Assembly (NCBI GenBank): GCA_964199315.1
Contig: OZ116709.1
Span: 3,968,001-4,032,000 of the forward strand
Direction: 5' to 3'
Source: Orbicella franksi
Taxonomy: Eukaryota
Length of the DNA stretch: 64,000 nt
Below are positions 35,918-48,500 of this stretch, piece after piece (within the stretch, counting starts at the first letter, position 1; every line of letters begins with the position of its first letter). The notes beneath the pieces are model-generated. The model searched no databases. It was given only the letters and a program-made list of their open reading frames with translations, and was not told the origin of the DNA. A program made the translations under genes and the position numbers.

Positions 35918-36240
35918 AAGCAATAGACTACAAGTTTTTGTGGTTCATAGGCTGATAAACCACTCAGGATGTTGAAAGAACGTGAGAAGAATTCGTAAAT
36001 CACGAGAACACTAGAAGAATTCATAAATCACAAGCAGCAGGCAAGTGATTTACGAATTCTTCGAGTGTTCTTCCAACATTCCAAGTGGTTTATCTGCCTC
36101 TAAACCATAGAAACTTGTGGTCTATTGCTTTTATATAATAATTCAGAAGACACGCGAAATTTCCATGAGTTTACTGGCACAATAAACCATAGCTGACCGA
36201 CCAATCAGAGCGTGCGCATTCATTTAATTATTATATAAAA
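35918..36240. mobile_element. Hairpin-containing non-autonomous element in the PPT1 3' region
   Basis: Palindrome 35918-36130 (AAGCAATAGACTACAAGTTT / AAACTTGTGGTCTATTGCTT) with an internal duplication AGAAGAATTC(G/A)TAAATCAC, followed by CCAATCAGAG (36201) and TTATTATATAAAA. Confidence 0.7.
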
Positions 36241-37262
36241 ACAATTAAACAACATGCATTTTGTACAAAAGTCACAAGACAAGACAACACTTCAGAAATG
36301 TATAGACAAAAACCTGTAGATTAACCATTTTATTATTAGAAAATTATAAAACAGTTATAAATAATGCCATATGAAATAAACAGCATTTTAACCCATAAAT
36401 AGAAGACTTTATATATAACAAAGTGTAAACCACGTTATTGAGCAACAGAAGCGTTTTTTGTGGCAAAAACTAACATCTTGCAACTTAAATAGAAAACTTG
36501 CCATTAACATGACGTGGTAGTCATGCACCATTTTAAACTGCATTTACAAAATAAAATAATTTTACCAAATTTAATGTCTTTTGTCTTACATTAAACTCAT
36601 CACAAATAGATGAGCTTGGGAACTGGTGCCTTAAAGGTTAGCGGGGTGCCAAAGCCATAAGCCGCTAGGAGGTATCCATGGCAACCCTGGAAAGCAGGGA
36701 CCACCCAATGAGCGTCCGCTAACCGGCACCGTCACACTGAAAGAAATTCAGTGGAATCTACTTACCTGGAGAATACTTACCCTGACCAAGAACAAAACGG
36801 GAGGGAGGAGAGGGTGCAAGAATCCGCAATGATTCGCGAGCAAAGCAGTGCAACTGATCCGCAACAATCAGCAGAATACACTACAACAATATTATGCAAT
36901 GAACCATAAACCCCTGCAAAACCCTTGAAGGCTGCCCCACAGGTCACGTACTCCCAAACGTGGAAACCGCTGGCTGCATAAGCTCATATTTAACTTGCCT
37001 AAATGATATTAGCTGGATGGGCACACTAGCTGGCTGCATTAGCTCGAGTTTAACCTTGCCTAAATGATATTTAGCCACATTTCACAACTTCAGAACTCAG
37101 CTGTAGTATATACTATTTTTGCTTTAATGTTTACAATAGAAATAGCTAAGCGCTTACATTTGTCACCCTGCAATGAAATCTTGATTGAAAAATTGATATC
37201 AATCTTGGTCTCTAAATTCTATTTTTTCAAATTATGTTTTCAATGAAGTTATTATCCACAAA

Positions 37263-37378
37263 TAGACCTTTCCCGCACCAGAGTGAGGTTGGGGTGGACA
37301 TTTCATACATTTACTGTATTTTTGTTCACCCTGACGTCACCTTGGCTCCATTGTTTGCTGGAATGCGGGAAAGGTCTA
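37263..37378. mobile_element. Short TIR MITE
   Basis: TAGACCTTTCCCGCA / TGCGGGAAAGGTCTA perfect inverted pair. Confidence 0.8.
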
Positions 37379-37965
37379 CGGGATTCATAAAAAATGTAAA
37401 TGTCTGACCCCTTACAATAGCACCTTCGAATCTTCCTGGAAAGTTAGAAAGCTCGTAATTTTTTTGTGAACCAAGGTAATATCTGCACCACATTCATTTT
37501 GGGATTAACTTTTATTGCTAAAAAAAAGGCTTTATAAAACTAAACTTGGGGTACTGTGTAGAATCATTTTCTCTTCTTTTGAACATTGTGCAGCTCCAGA
37601 AAATATCCATACCCACCCTCTAGAAGGTCATGGGAAATTCTGAGGCTGTAGGAGAGAAAGGGCATTGAAACCAAAATCCTTCAGTGGTGCAGGGTGGGGG
37701 GTACAGATATATTCTGGAACAATACATTCATAGCTAGAGTATACAGAAGTTATTTTCTACTCCACTTACAGCTGCATGACTATTTGGTCTGAAGTGCAAA
37801 ATGACAGTCTGTTCAAGTTAGAACATTGACTTCTTGTACATCCACTTACCGGTAATAGCACTTTATTCAACTCCAAATATACTGTGTGTGAAAAGACAGA
37901 CCAGCAGGTTAAGCCTACTTAAAGGTTCCCTGAATGTTGCACTTTTTAATTGTGTCACTGTGCAA

Positions 37966-39554
37966 CTAGCCATTCCAAGGCTCCAGTATTTTGGGTCTTC
38001 CTGTTCTGAATCCCTCTTCCAAGCCATCCAAAGTATTCATGTCCTCTTGCGGTAGGTTAAAGTCAAATATGCTGGCATTCTCTATAATTCGAGATGATTG
38101 ACTAGACTTGGGAATACAAACATAGCCTTTCTGTATACACCATCTCAGTAATACTTGTGCTGGTGTTTTTCCGCGCTTGTTTGCAATGAATTTCAGTGTA
38201 GGATGGCCAAGTTTCTCTCCTCTTGTTAGAGGTGAATAAGCCTGAACAGCAATGCCCTCTTTCTTGCAGTAATTTACGAGGTCATTCTCTTGTAAAAACG
38301 GATGCAATTCAATTTGATTGATAGAAGGTATCACTGTAGAGTGCTTCTTCAGTTCTTCAAGATGGTGGATACCAAAGTTAGATACACCTATAGACCTGCC
38401 AAAAATAAGACAAATAAATGACTTTGAGTCAAGTACTGTATGATCAAAAAAGTCTTGTTATCACATAGCATTATAGAGATGGTAGATATCCTGACCTCAC
38501 TCTGTTGAAGTGGCTAAAATCTTAAGAGTAAAAAATGTCACAAACATTAGTGCATTGACTAGGGGCCATTTCATTTAAATTATATCCACCTACCCCCTCC
38601 CCCTGTTGATGGGATTTTCTCAAGGGTCTGCAAGGTCTTTCTGAATGGGGATGCTGTGTCGGACAGCCAGCATTGACCAATGTTTTGAAGAAATTTACAA
38701 AACAGCTTTTTCTTGAGGACAAAGGACAGTTGGGTTATCAGCTGAGAGGGACTTTGACTTTTCTTCCCCTGGGGGTGGGGGAAATTTTGACTTTTCAATA
38801 GAGAGGGACTAGAAAATGGAATGGGCCCGTGTTCATACAGAACTCTAGGGACTTCTTACAAACCTGATCAGTCCTTGTTCTTGTAACTTCACCATGGCAT
38901 TCCAAGAAGGTACGATTTTATCAGGCAGAGGAGAATGCATGAGATACAAGTCTACATATTCCATTCCGAGTTTTCCTAAACTGTTATTGAAAGCCGCCAA
39001 CGTTTCATCGTATCCATGATCAGTGTCATACAGCTTCGTGACAACAAATATATCTTCTCGTGGAATCTTGCTCTCCCTAATGGCCTCACCAACACTTTCT
39101 TCATTCATGTATCGCGCCGCTGTATCGATTTGTCTATAGCCATTTTCCAAGGCCCAAAGCACAGCTTGTCGAGTTTCTTCCCCAGATCCGGCTAGATAGA
39201 CTCCCAAGCCATATATCGGAATTTGTACGCCGTCGTTTAGAGTTACACTTGAAGAAATATTGACACTCTGGGTATTAGGTTGAGGTGAAGTGTAAAAGTT
39301 CGCGTGTTTTACTTTGGATGTATCTTCGCAGTTGTCGCTGTTCCTGTCACAGATTTCAACACCCACAGAGAAGGAAAGAGTCAATAAAATCAAAGTACAA
39401 TGAATCATCTCACTTTAGAAGATAATAGACTTCAAGAATAATTCTAAATTATACGGAAATTCTCCTTTTCGAGCAGGTAGAGGTAAACAAAATGCACTCA
39501 GATTTACCTGTGCTTCCAAGCCTGGATTCCAAACCGCGCCACCTTGACAGCCAT
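37966..39554 (-). CDS. Aldo-keto reductase (AKR5/DkgA/YtbE-like) with an N-terminal hydrophobic extension, 341 aa
   Basis: Exons complement(39508..39554, 38864..39412, 37966..38395), total 1026 nt, phases 2 and 2. Motifs: GLGVY, IDTAARY (catalytic Asp/Tyr), VTKL (Lys), DLYLMHSP (His), SIGVSNF, NQIELHPF, AYSPL, IPKS. Exon 1 is inferred from an in-frame ATG and a CAG|GTAAAT donor; translation could instead start at 39408. Confidence 0.92.
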
Positions 39555-40239
39555 CGAAGAAATTTTACCTACTCGTACATTCGGACAGAAAGATAATTTT
39601 CCCCACTGAATCATTCTTTTAGAAAACTTCTGTGACCTCTAGAGATTCCAATACTGAAAAAATATTGTTCCTTCTAAACTTTCAACAGAAGAAAGTTCTT
39701 TGTTTTGGCTTCCAGGCTCCTCCCAGATCAAGAGATCGGAATATTTTAAGTAACCGGAAGTGTGATCCGTGGTCAAATCTCGTTTTGATTGGAGTATGCA
39801 GTATCAAAGTTATCGATAGGTTCTTGTAATTGGAAAGCATTATATTGGTTCTGATATTTGGCTGGCTTATTCTTGAAGAGATTTAAAGTGACTTAAATGG
39901 CATTTGAACAAGAAGTTTTATTTCAGAAGCAATATAAGGGTCAGGTAGTGACTAAAGTCACTAAAGCGAACGATTTTAAGTGTAAAATTCACTACCTTAT
40001 CTCCACACTTCAAGATTTCGCGTACACTGGTTCTTAGCAGAATCTTTCCGGTAATAAGCGAGCGAGAAAACCACGCGAGGACGTACAAGGAGCATTCATT
40101 TTAGGTACCTAGCCCACCCCGTTGCGTTGTCACTCTTTCAACCCCACACGATCAAAGGTGTTGTTAGAGTTACCATAATTGTTATGTGACCTCATACTGA
40201 CGAAAAAACGTCTCATGAACCATGGCAATTTGGGTGAAA

Positions 40240-40480
40240 CCAGGTTTCAAACTCCCGAAACGGGGTTTTTAAGGGGTTTCCAAAGGGTTTTAAAAGGGTT
40301 ACTAAAGAGTTCCCTAAGGGTTTCTAACGAGTCTCCAGGGGGTTTCTAATGAGTTTCCAGAGCGTTTCCAAAGGGTTTCAAACTCCTGAAACCGGGTTTC
40401 CAAAGGGTTTCAAGAGTTTCCAAAGTTTTTTTGTTTGTTTTTTAAGGCAATCGAAACGGGTTTCCTATACTTGAAATCTT
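40240..40480 (+). repeat. Degenerate ~11-bp tandem repeat G(G/A)GTTTC(C/T)AAA
   Basis: gggtttccaaa|gggttttaaaa|gggttactaaa|gagttccctaa|gggtttctaac|gagtctccagg|gggtttctaat|gagtttccaga|gcgtttccaaa|gggtttcaaac and further copies. Confidence 0.8.
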
Positions 40481-41190
40481 TGAAACCCCTTGACGAAACT
40501 TTGCTTGTAACGTAGTGTGATAGAGCGTCTTGAGCATTTTACATAATACCTGCAACGCTTTCTTCCAGCTAAGTTTATTGTGTTAAATTCTTTCCAAGTT
40601 AGCATGGGCTTTAAAATAATATTACGGTTTGGATTCTGCGTGAAACCTAGATGGCTAAAATGCTAGAGTATAAGCCCAGTAAATTAGTGTTCAGTAAAGG
40701 GTGTTTCCAAGACCAAAGAGAACTTAGACATTTACAAGACGCACACCAACTTTACTTCATTCAACATGTGCACCTATTTACAGATAAATCGACTTTAAGA
40801 AGCCTTAATAATGAACTGCAAATTTTAAAACACTCAAGACAGAGTTTTTTTGTATTATAAACTGACAGGAGAATTCGAGGATAAATTTGTGGTAACAGTG
40901 ATTCTGTCACGCTAATAACTACGAAACCATATACATGTATGCACAACAAAGAGATTTTTTGGCCTCATAGTCTGGAAAAAGGAATAATAAATAATTAAAG
41001 TTCTTTTTAATGCATTTAATCTTGTCCAAAGGTAACTTCTCTTTGAATTTAAGTCTCTCTTTTCATATTTGCTACCTTTTAAAACCATTCATGCAATAAA
41101 TCATTAAATATAAACTACCTGAAGGTGCATAATCGTTTAAAATAACCCGTACAAGCTTGTGAAAAACGGATAAATGCTATGGAAGATTGT

Positions 41191-41370
41191 TAGAGCGGTT
41201 TTCAATTGAGTGTCGAAAGTAACCGATCAGGGTTTTGGTTTTGGTTTGACTATGGTTTGAGATTGGCTGAGTAGTCTAATTGCTAAGTAATTGGTTTGGT
41301 TTTGGCATAGTTAGTAGACCTCTACTAACTATGATTTTGGTTTTACGACACTCGATTAAAAACCACTCTA
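41191..41370. mobile_element. TIR MITE
   Basis: TAGAGCGGTTTTCAATTGAGTGTCG / CGACACTCGATTAAAAACCACTCTA. Confidence 0.8.
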
Positions 41371-42553
41371 TGACTCGAGCAAATACCGTAAAAGCACTGT
41401 TAAGCTGTCGAGGGTAAATCTTGAAGTGTAACGTAAACATTACCAATGAATAATTGTTTTTCGCTCAGGAATTGTTAATAAACAATTAGATTATGAGATC
41501 GAGATTTCTATCACGTGATAGTTGACGAGGGCGCAAACGCATAGAAATCGAGAGCGAATAATCTGATTGTTTTAGTGTAAATCTACTAGTCGTTCAAAAC
41601 TTTATCTAAATCCTCTTCACAGACACTTCGAAAAAGCCAGGAAGCGGCTGTCATTTTGTTAACAAGGCACACTACTACGCTCCATCTATCACAGAATAGA
41701 TAGCGAGTAGCATAGCCAATCAAAGAACGGCATTCGTGATAGAACGCTAGTAGATTCAAACTAGACGTACAGAATAACGACGTTATAAAAGGAGAAACCG
41801 AACGATTGATTGAGATCCTTTCGAGAAGTACACAATGACATATCTCAAGAGTTATAACTAAGAAACCAAACTAATCTAAAGTTACTGTTGGGTGTGTCTA
41901 AGTCTTCAGAAAAGGCTCCTCGATTAGGATAAGGCCGCGACCTAGGCGAGCAGAGAGAAAGCTGGGGGTTGGCCTCTCTCTTTACCTTATCCACAACCAG
42001 AGAGAGCCTGCTCAGAGGACACGATTGCTATATAATTTACATCTTACTATTGTACTCCATGCTCATATAAAGATCGTTTCAAACAAGCTATGCAAAACTG
42101 CATAATGTGAAATTACTTCTAGCTTTCTTATTAGCTCTAAGTACTCTCTTTGAAATGGGAGCGATTTTAAAGTTCTCTATAGCCTGAGACTCCTTGTGAT
42201 AAAATTATGAAGAGGTGTGGCTTTGATCACCACTTACTCTGTTCTCTTAAAGAGACTGCCTAGAAACTTACACCTGGAAGCATGATTGTTCTCAAGTGAA
42301 CATCTTTGACTGTTCTGTATGAGAATACCACAATAAATAAGTTAAAATGCCTTGAGCGTCAAATTCTAAGCAGTCTGGTCCAGGCATTAGTTAGCGGGGA
42401 GCAGCACGAAAAACGGCAAAAGAAAAAATAGCAGAGGTATAAGGTGAGCTTCCCCCATATTTTTCTCCCATCATTTTTTTTGGTACCGCACCCCAACTTA
42501 TTAAACCCCTGGAACAGGCCAAATTCTACAGAACAGAAACATCTAGAATAAAT

Positions 42554-45500
42554 TTACATAGCATCTGTGAATGCAGGTTCATTTGATGGATCATCCAGAG
42601 GTTCCTACAACAATAAAAATACCCAAAGTTATTGCATGGAGAAGTGTAAAATATACTTTTTCTTGTCTATTCTTAGTACCAACAAAGATTCCTAGGAACT
42701 GAGCCCCTCATTCCCACAAGTGATCAAAATCTAATTTCTCCTTACAATATATCGTCAAACAAACAAGCGATGAGAATACAGTCATTCATCAACTAGAAGA
42801 CGTTTTGACGATGTACCACAGAAATTTCCTCGTTAAACTTACAGAACTGTACAGTAATCAATTAGAGAAATTATTGTTTTTAACTTGTAATACTGCCAAA
42901 ATGAAAGATCCACAATCGCATACAAATGACTGTGAGCCTGAATTGAAACATTTGGACAAAAATAACTAAAGATGAAATTTAGAACAGAATAAAGAAATGT
43001 CCAGAAATCTCTATATGTTTGAGAATCTTAAGTTTGAAGCATCCTTTCTGCATGCTAACATCAGAAACTGACAACAGTGAAGAGAGAGTGACAGTTACCT
43101 GATTCAATTTTTTGAACTCTACAATTTGATGGAAGATGTAGTCCAAGATGTGCTTGGCATCTCTAACAGAAGAAGGAAGTTTGCTGGACACTCCCAGGAT
43201 ATCCCCACACTCACGAACGTAGTACTCAAGGTCATCTTCAGTGCCTAAAACACAGGATTTCTCTTGGTTAGAAGAGAAGACAAATATGTGTAATAGTTGC
43301 AATTGCAATCTTGTGTGTATGCAGATGTGAGAAATGACAGAAAAATGGTAAGATTCTAGAACAGTGTTTGTATAGGAGTTGAGAACATGTGTCTACACTG
43401 CTATTGCATTTGCTGAGCTCTGTCTCCCCCATAATCAGACTATGGGCTTGAGGTTTCCATAAGCTGATCATCAAAAATACTTTAAAAGTTGATAACAACT
43501 GGGAGACAATTCAAGTGCTGAATTTAGGGTCCAAAGGCTAATAAACCACACTTCACTTACACTTGTTGGTTATCTGTGCAAGTCTTGTCTTTTCTGACGA
43601 GAAACTCTCATCTAAATCAAACAGATCCAGTGCTGGAGCAGGCAGCTCACGAAAGGTTGGTGGAAATACCTACAATAATAAACGTAAAACACAATTCTAG
43701 CTCATCTTGATATTACATTGTAGACTACCTGACTTGATATCAGCAATGAGTTTGCTACAGGTGGGTACAAGAATTTCAATTATAATCACAGAGTGTGAGA
43801 CAGGTGTGAACAATGACCAGTCAAGTTGAAAAATAGTTAATATCGCACTTTATTGACAAACAAGGTTTATTTTTCAAGATTACTACTGGTGTTTTTGTGC
43901 TGTGCTCTGGAGCAAAAAAATGACTCTTTACTGAGCTACTCTCCAGCTTGATGCAAAAATGGGTAGCAGCACATTGACTGATGGACAAGGATTCCACTCA
44001 GGTGGAGTTGCAATACTCCTTGTCCTTCATGCTATTGATGTTTTTTCCCAGAGTTGAATGCCAGCCCTTATAACCTAACTACTGGGGTTGAACAGACATT
44101 CTCATGAGAGTTTTGCTAGAGATTTTCAATGATAAAACAGACTTACTGCAGGTTGAAGTGGAGGAAGTGGAGTCTCAAACTGAGGAGTTATTAGCTGAAG
44201 AGGTTCATGCTTCACTCTTAGGTCTTCATATGCTCTGTAATAACAAAACAGCATTAAAATAACATTGTAATAAAGACATTTAAGCAGTTATCAGTCGGCC
44301 ATTTGAAATGATGTCAACTGATATGACTCATGTTTTGGCTGAAAGCACAAGTTGATAGAAATATTAGATATACCATTCTGGTAGTATTTTGAACATTCAC
44401 TTAAATCTATATAAACAGTAGTTGTTAACAGAGCAATACAGGTAACGTAAATATTATTAGAATAAGAACAACAATGAACCTCTTATACTAACTACTTATT
44501 GACTGAGAGTGAGGTCTTTACTGAAAAATCTCAGACCAAGATCTTACTGTATTGAGCGAGTGAAAACAAGGTCAATACGGCAAGGTCGAGGTTTCAGATT
44601 TTCCTGTAAAGACTGAACGTTCAAGGTTACTAAGTTGTTTATTACATGGCTTTTTGCTTTGTTTTTGCAAGCCCATAATCGGCCAGTGGGCATTATTGGA
44701 GAATAATGCCCTACAATTACCCAATCAGAGTGCACATGATATCAGCTATAAGAACAAGCCATATAATAAATGGTAGTAACAAGACTTCACTAATATATTT
44801 TTTACTTTCTTTTAAAAATCATACCTTATGGCAGAAGGAACCACACTTGTATCAAGCTTGAAAAGATCCTCATCAAACATTTTGGTGATATCTCTTCCCA
44901 CACTCTATTAACAACAATAATAAAATAACAGTTTTGCTACTGTTTTGAAAACATTTTTCTACTTATTATAAGTGTCAATGACTAAGCTCTGAATTAGAGA
45001 ATGATAGGCTGCATAGCTGATGCAAGGTTGATAGAGATTATGAGTTGTAGAGCTGCACATACAAAAGGGAATGCATACCTTTCATCACCCTCTCTCTGTT
45101 GTACACCATTTCTACACAGCACCTGCTACATGTTGGAGGAAGGGACGGGAGTAGTGGCAAGGGAGGAACATGTACACGTATGTATGAAAGTTTTTCTCTT
45201 GCAGTAAACACTGAACCTTGGCTTTGCTTTAAGCGACAGAGACTTATTTCACTGTAGAAAAAACGATCTGACTCAGTGGCTGTTAGTGCATATGATAATA
45301 CCTCATCTCCTTCTTGAAGGCAAACTCTTAGTCTCTCTGACATCCTGGGAGTATCGGGAATGTAATGGTAGTCTGATACCTAACAAGTGTGAAATTGATA
45401 AATTAGATTGTTACACATTCTGATAAACCATGAGACACAAAGGTTTCGAGAAACAGCTTGCAGCCCAATTAGTTTCTTTGATAATGATTCTTATTAAGAA

Positions 45501-48500
45501 CCGATGAAAATTAGAAAAAATGTCAAGATTTAGAGAAGAGTGCAAAACCTCAGGGTCCTCAGCATCGATATTGTTGAGCTGAATGTCATCAGTTGTGAGC
45601 CACTGAAAGATCACATCCTGTAGTGGAAGAGAAAGTATTATGCAACATGAAAAATGGATTATCATTCATTCACCACTAACTCATTAAAGTTAAATGTTTT
45701 GATTGTTCTTAAGTCTGTCAGACTCTAATGATATAGCCCAGTCAATCCAGTGGCAGGTATTGTGAAATGGAGTGGTATCCAAATCATGGGATGGGCAGGT
45801 GGCCAGGGGGCGGCGCCAGTGGGAGACAATACTGCCTGTCAAGTCACTTCATGTTGGAATTCACTACTTGCTGATCAGGTCACTGTATGATAGAATGAGA
45901 ACATCCTAGTACATTTGGTTTTGCTACTGTACACCTAATAAAGAACATTCCTCTGGAAAATTACATAAATTATAATTTTTTTCCTTTCACACTTTGTCTT
46001 AGGCTCAATTGCAACCCACCCTTTTCAGGACTTACTGGTGCCTATTCCAGAGTCCTTTACGTTCCTAGGTGTAGTGCTGAACCACTGGAAAATGACCTAT
46101 TGCCAACCTTGACCTTACTGCATCCATTTATTTGTCAGAATCATTTTAATAACCCACCTGAACCTTTGCATTTTCTTCCTTGTCAAGATACTGATCACTG
46201 AACATGTGTACAGAACCAAGGATGACCATCTTGCCTTTTGAATACTGTATAAGGAAATAGAAATTACTGAATCAGATGTCCAATACCTATTAATAAGCTC
46301 TTAAAAGCTTTGAGTTGGCAACAAACAATAGGCATACAAGTAGGCTTGGATTAATAAAATTCTTTTTAAACAGTCGCTCATAACTATATACATGTATGCT
46401 GTTTTGAAAGTAAGCTTTAATCTCTCAAATTAAGGATTTTACTTGTGACAACTGACAGAACTTACTCTTGATGAGTGGAATGCGCAGACTGGTCTATTGA
46501 GAGGAAATGATACGCTGCCAGATGAAAGAACGGATATAGCTGGTTTGACCACATTCAGAGTTGCACCATAAGGATAAACAAATGCCAGAGATCTGCAAGA
46601 AAGAACAAAAAAGACGGTTAAGACTGATGGTTAAGACATCACTGAAAGCACCACAAAAGTACAAAATATAGTCTGACAAGAAACATGTTGTTTTATGACT
46701 GCTGGATAGCAACAGCTGGTCCATATTACAATCAGTGAGTCACTGTCAGTGTGTAAAGAACTTCTTGCACACTTGCACACTAGTGGATTTTTTGGTCATG
46801 CTAAAGGATTCTGTCCTTTACTTTCCTGACTGGCAAGGGAACACTGGAAGTTTCTTAGGAAAATTATTTACGGATATTCAAATTACAGATTGAAGCACTT
46901 AATGAGATAAATTTTTTGGAGGGGGCAGGGGGGGTTGGTGAGAAAGACTTTCAGGTGAGTGTATCATGTTACAGCTTGCCTGAAGGACAAGCCAGAACAC
47001 TGGAGGCAAAGACCATGTTCAAACCCAGACCTTACGACGTGGTGTCTGATGTACTATGTATTAAGCAAACTACAGACTGAGTACATAATAAAAATATTTA
47101 CTGTCCAAGGTCTGTCCTATCAGCATCAGATGATCCTGGAACATACTTTCCAGCAGCCCGATTGATCTCTCTAAAATGAAAACAATACATACTGATTATA
47201 CGTGACTGTATGATTGATATGTTGTCTGAATCAACAACAAAATGATGCTTATTAAAACATTGGCACAATATTATCACATAAATTTATCAGATGTTATACA
47301 TTTAGATGGTGAAAGTGCTTTTATAAGCATACAGTCTAATGGCTTTACTAAAAGAAAATTAAAGCATAAAATGCTAATAACGATCATGTTTTATCTGTAA
47401 AGAATCAGACAAATTAATGACATAATTATTAATTTTATAAAGTTTACATGTACATGTGGCATTAACACCAGTGAAACAAAGAACCTGTGATCAACTTATA
47501 AGTTTGATTTGAACATTCAGCTGTTGACCTAGCCATAAGCTGAGTGAAAAACATTCTGTCGATAAATCAACATGTACACTTTTCTGACTTACCTGTTAAG
47601 AACTCCATTGGAGATTAAAACCTCCTTAGGATGAAAATACTTGTAATACATGGTCCTCACTACTGAATCTGTAAAGACATTTCCACATACAGTGGAACTC
47701 CATTAATAGGGTCACCAACGGGCCATGAAAATTTGGCCGTATTAATGGGGTGGGGCCAAATTTCATGACTGACCCACACGTCTAAACTGAGTGAAGTCTT
47801 AACAGGTATATCAACAATACACTTCTAAACTACTGATCTTTTATGTGCATCTGGAGTGCAATATTATTTGAAAAAAAATTGAAATTTCAATCAGGACATA
47901 TGATATTAACAATGAAAGATGAACATAACTGGTCTAAGAGGCCAACATATAAATAGGGTAAAATTATAAAGGATTATACAGATTGGGATTTCAGAATGTG
48001 GCCATTGGCCATAGTAACAGGGTGGCTGCATTAACAGGGTTTTCTTATGAGAAAATGTATGGGCATTTCGCCAGGACAAAAAAAGTGGCCTTAATAACAA
48101 GGTAACCATGTTAACAAGTTGACCGTAAGACAGGGTTCCACTTAAAATAGAACTGTGTAAAACTTAGTAGGTATGCATGGGGCCCAAATATAGCAAAGAT
48201 GTGTTGGGAATTAAACACTGGACATTTGATATTTTTACACTGTCATATATGTATTGTAAGTGTTAGCCAGAGACCTTGATTGTACAGTGGATTTTGTGGT
48301 AAAAATGCCAATTCCAATCTTCAATCATAAATGTGAAATCCATGTCCATGCAGCCATCTCACAGCCTGTTTTCTATTAATAATTTGGCATGATGAGTTTT
48401 ATAAGAAAAGGTTTACAGTGTACATAATACTAACCATTATTCACCATAATTCCATAGTCTTCTAACAAGAAGTTGATGTTAGTGTCAAATCGAGACTCTC

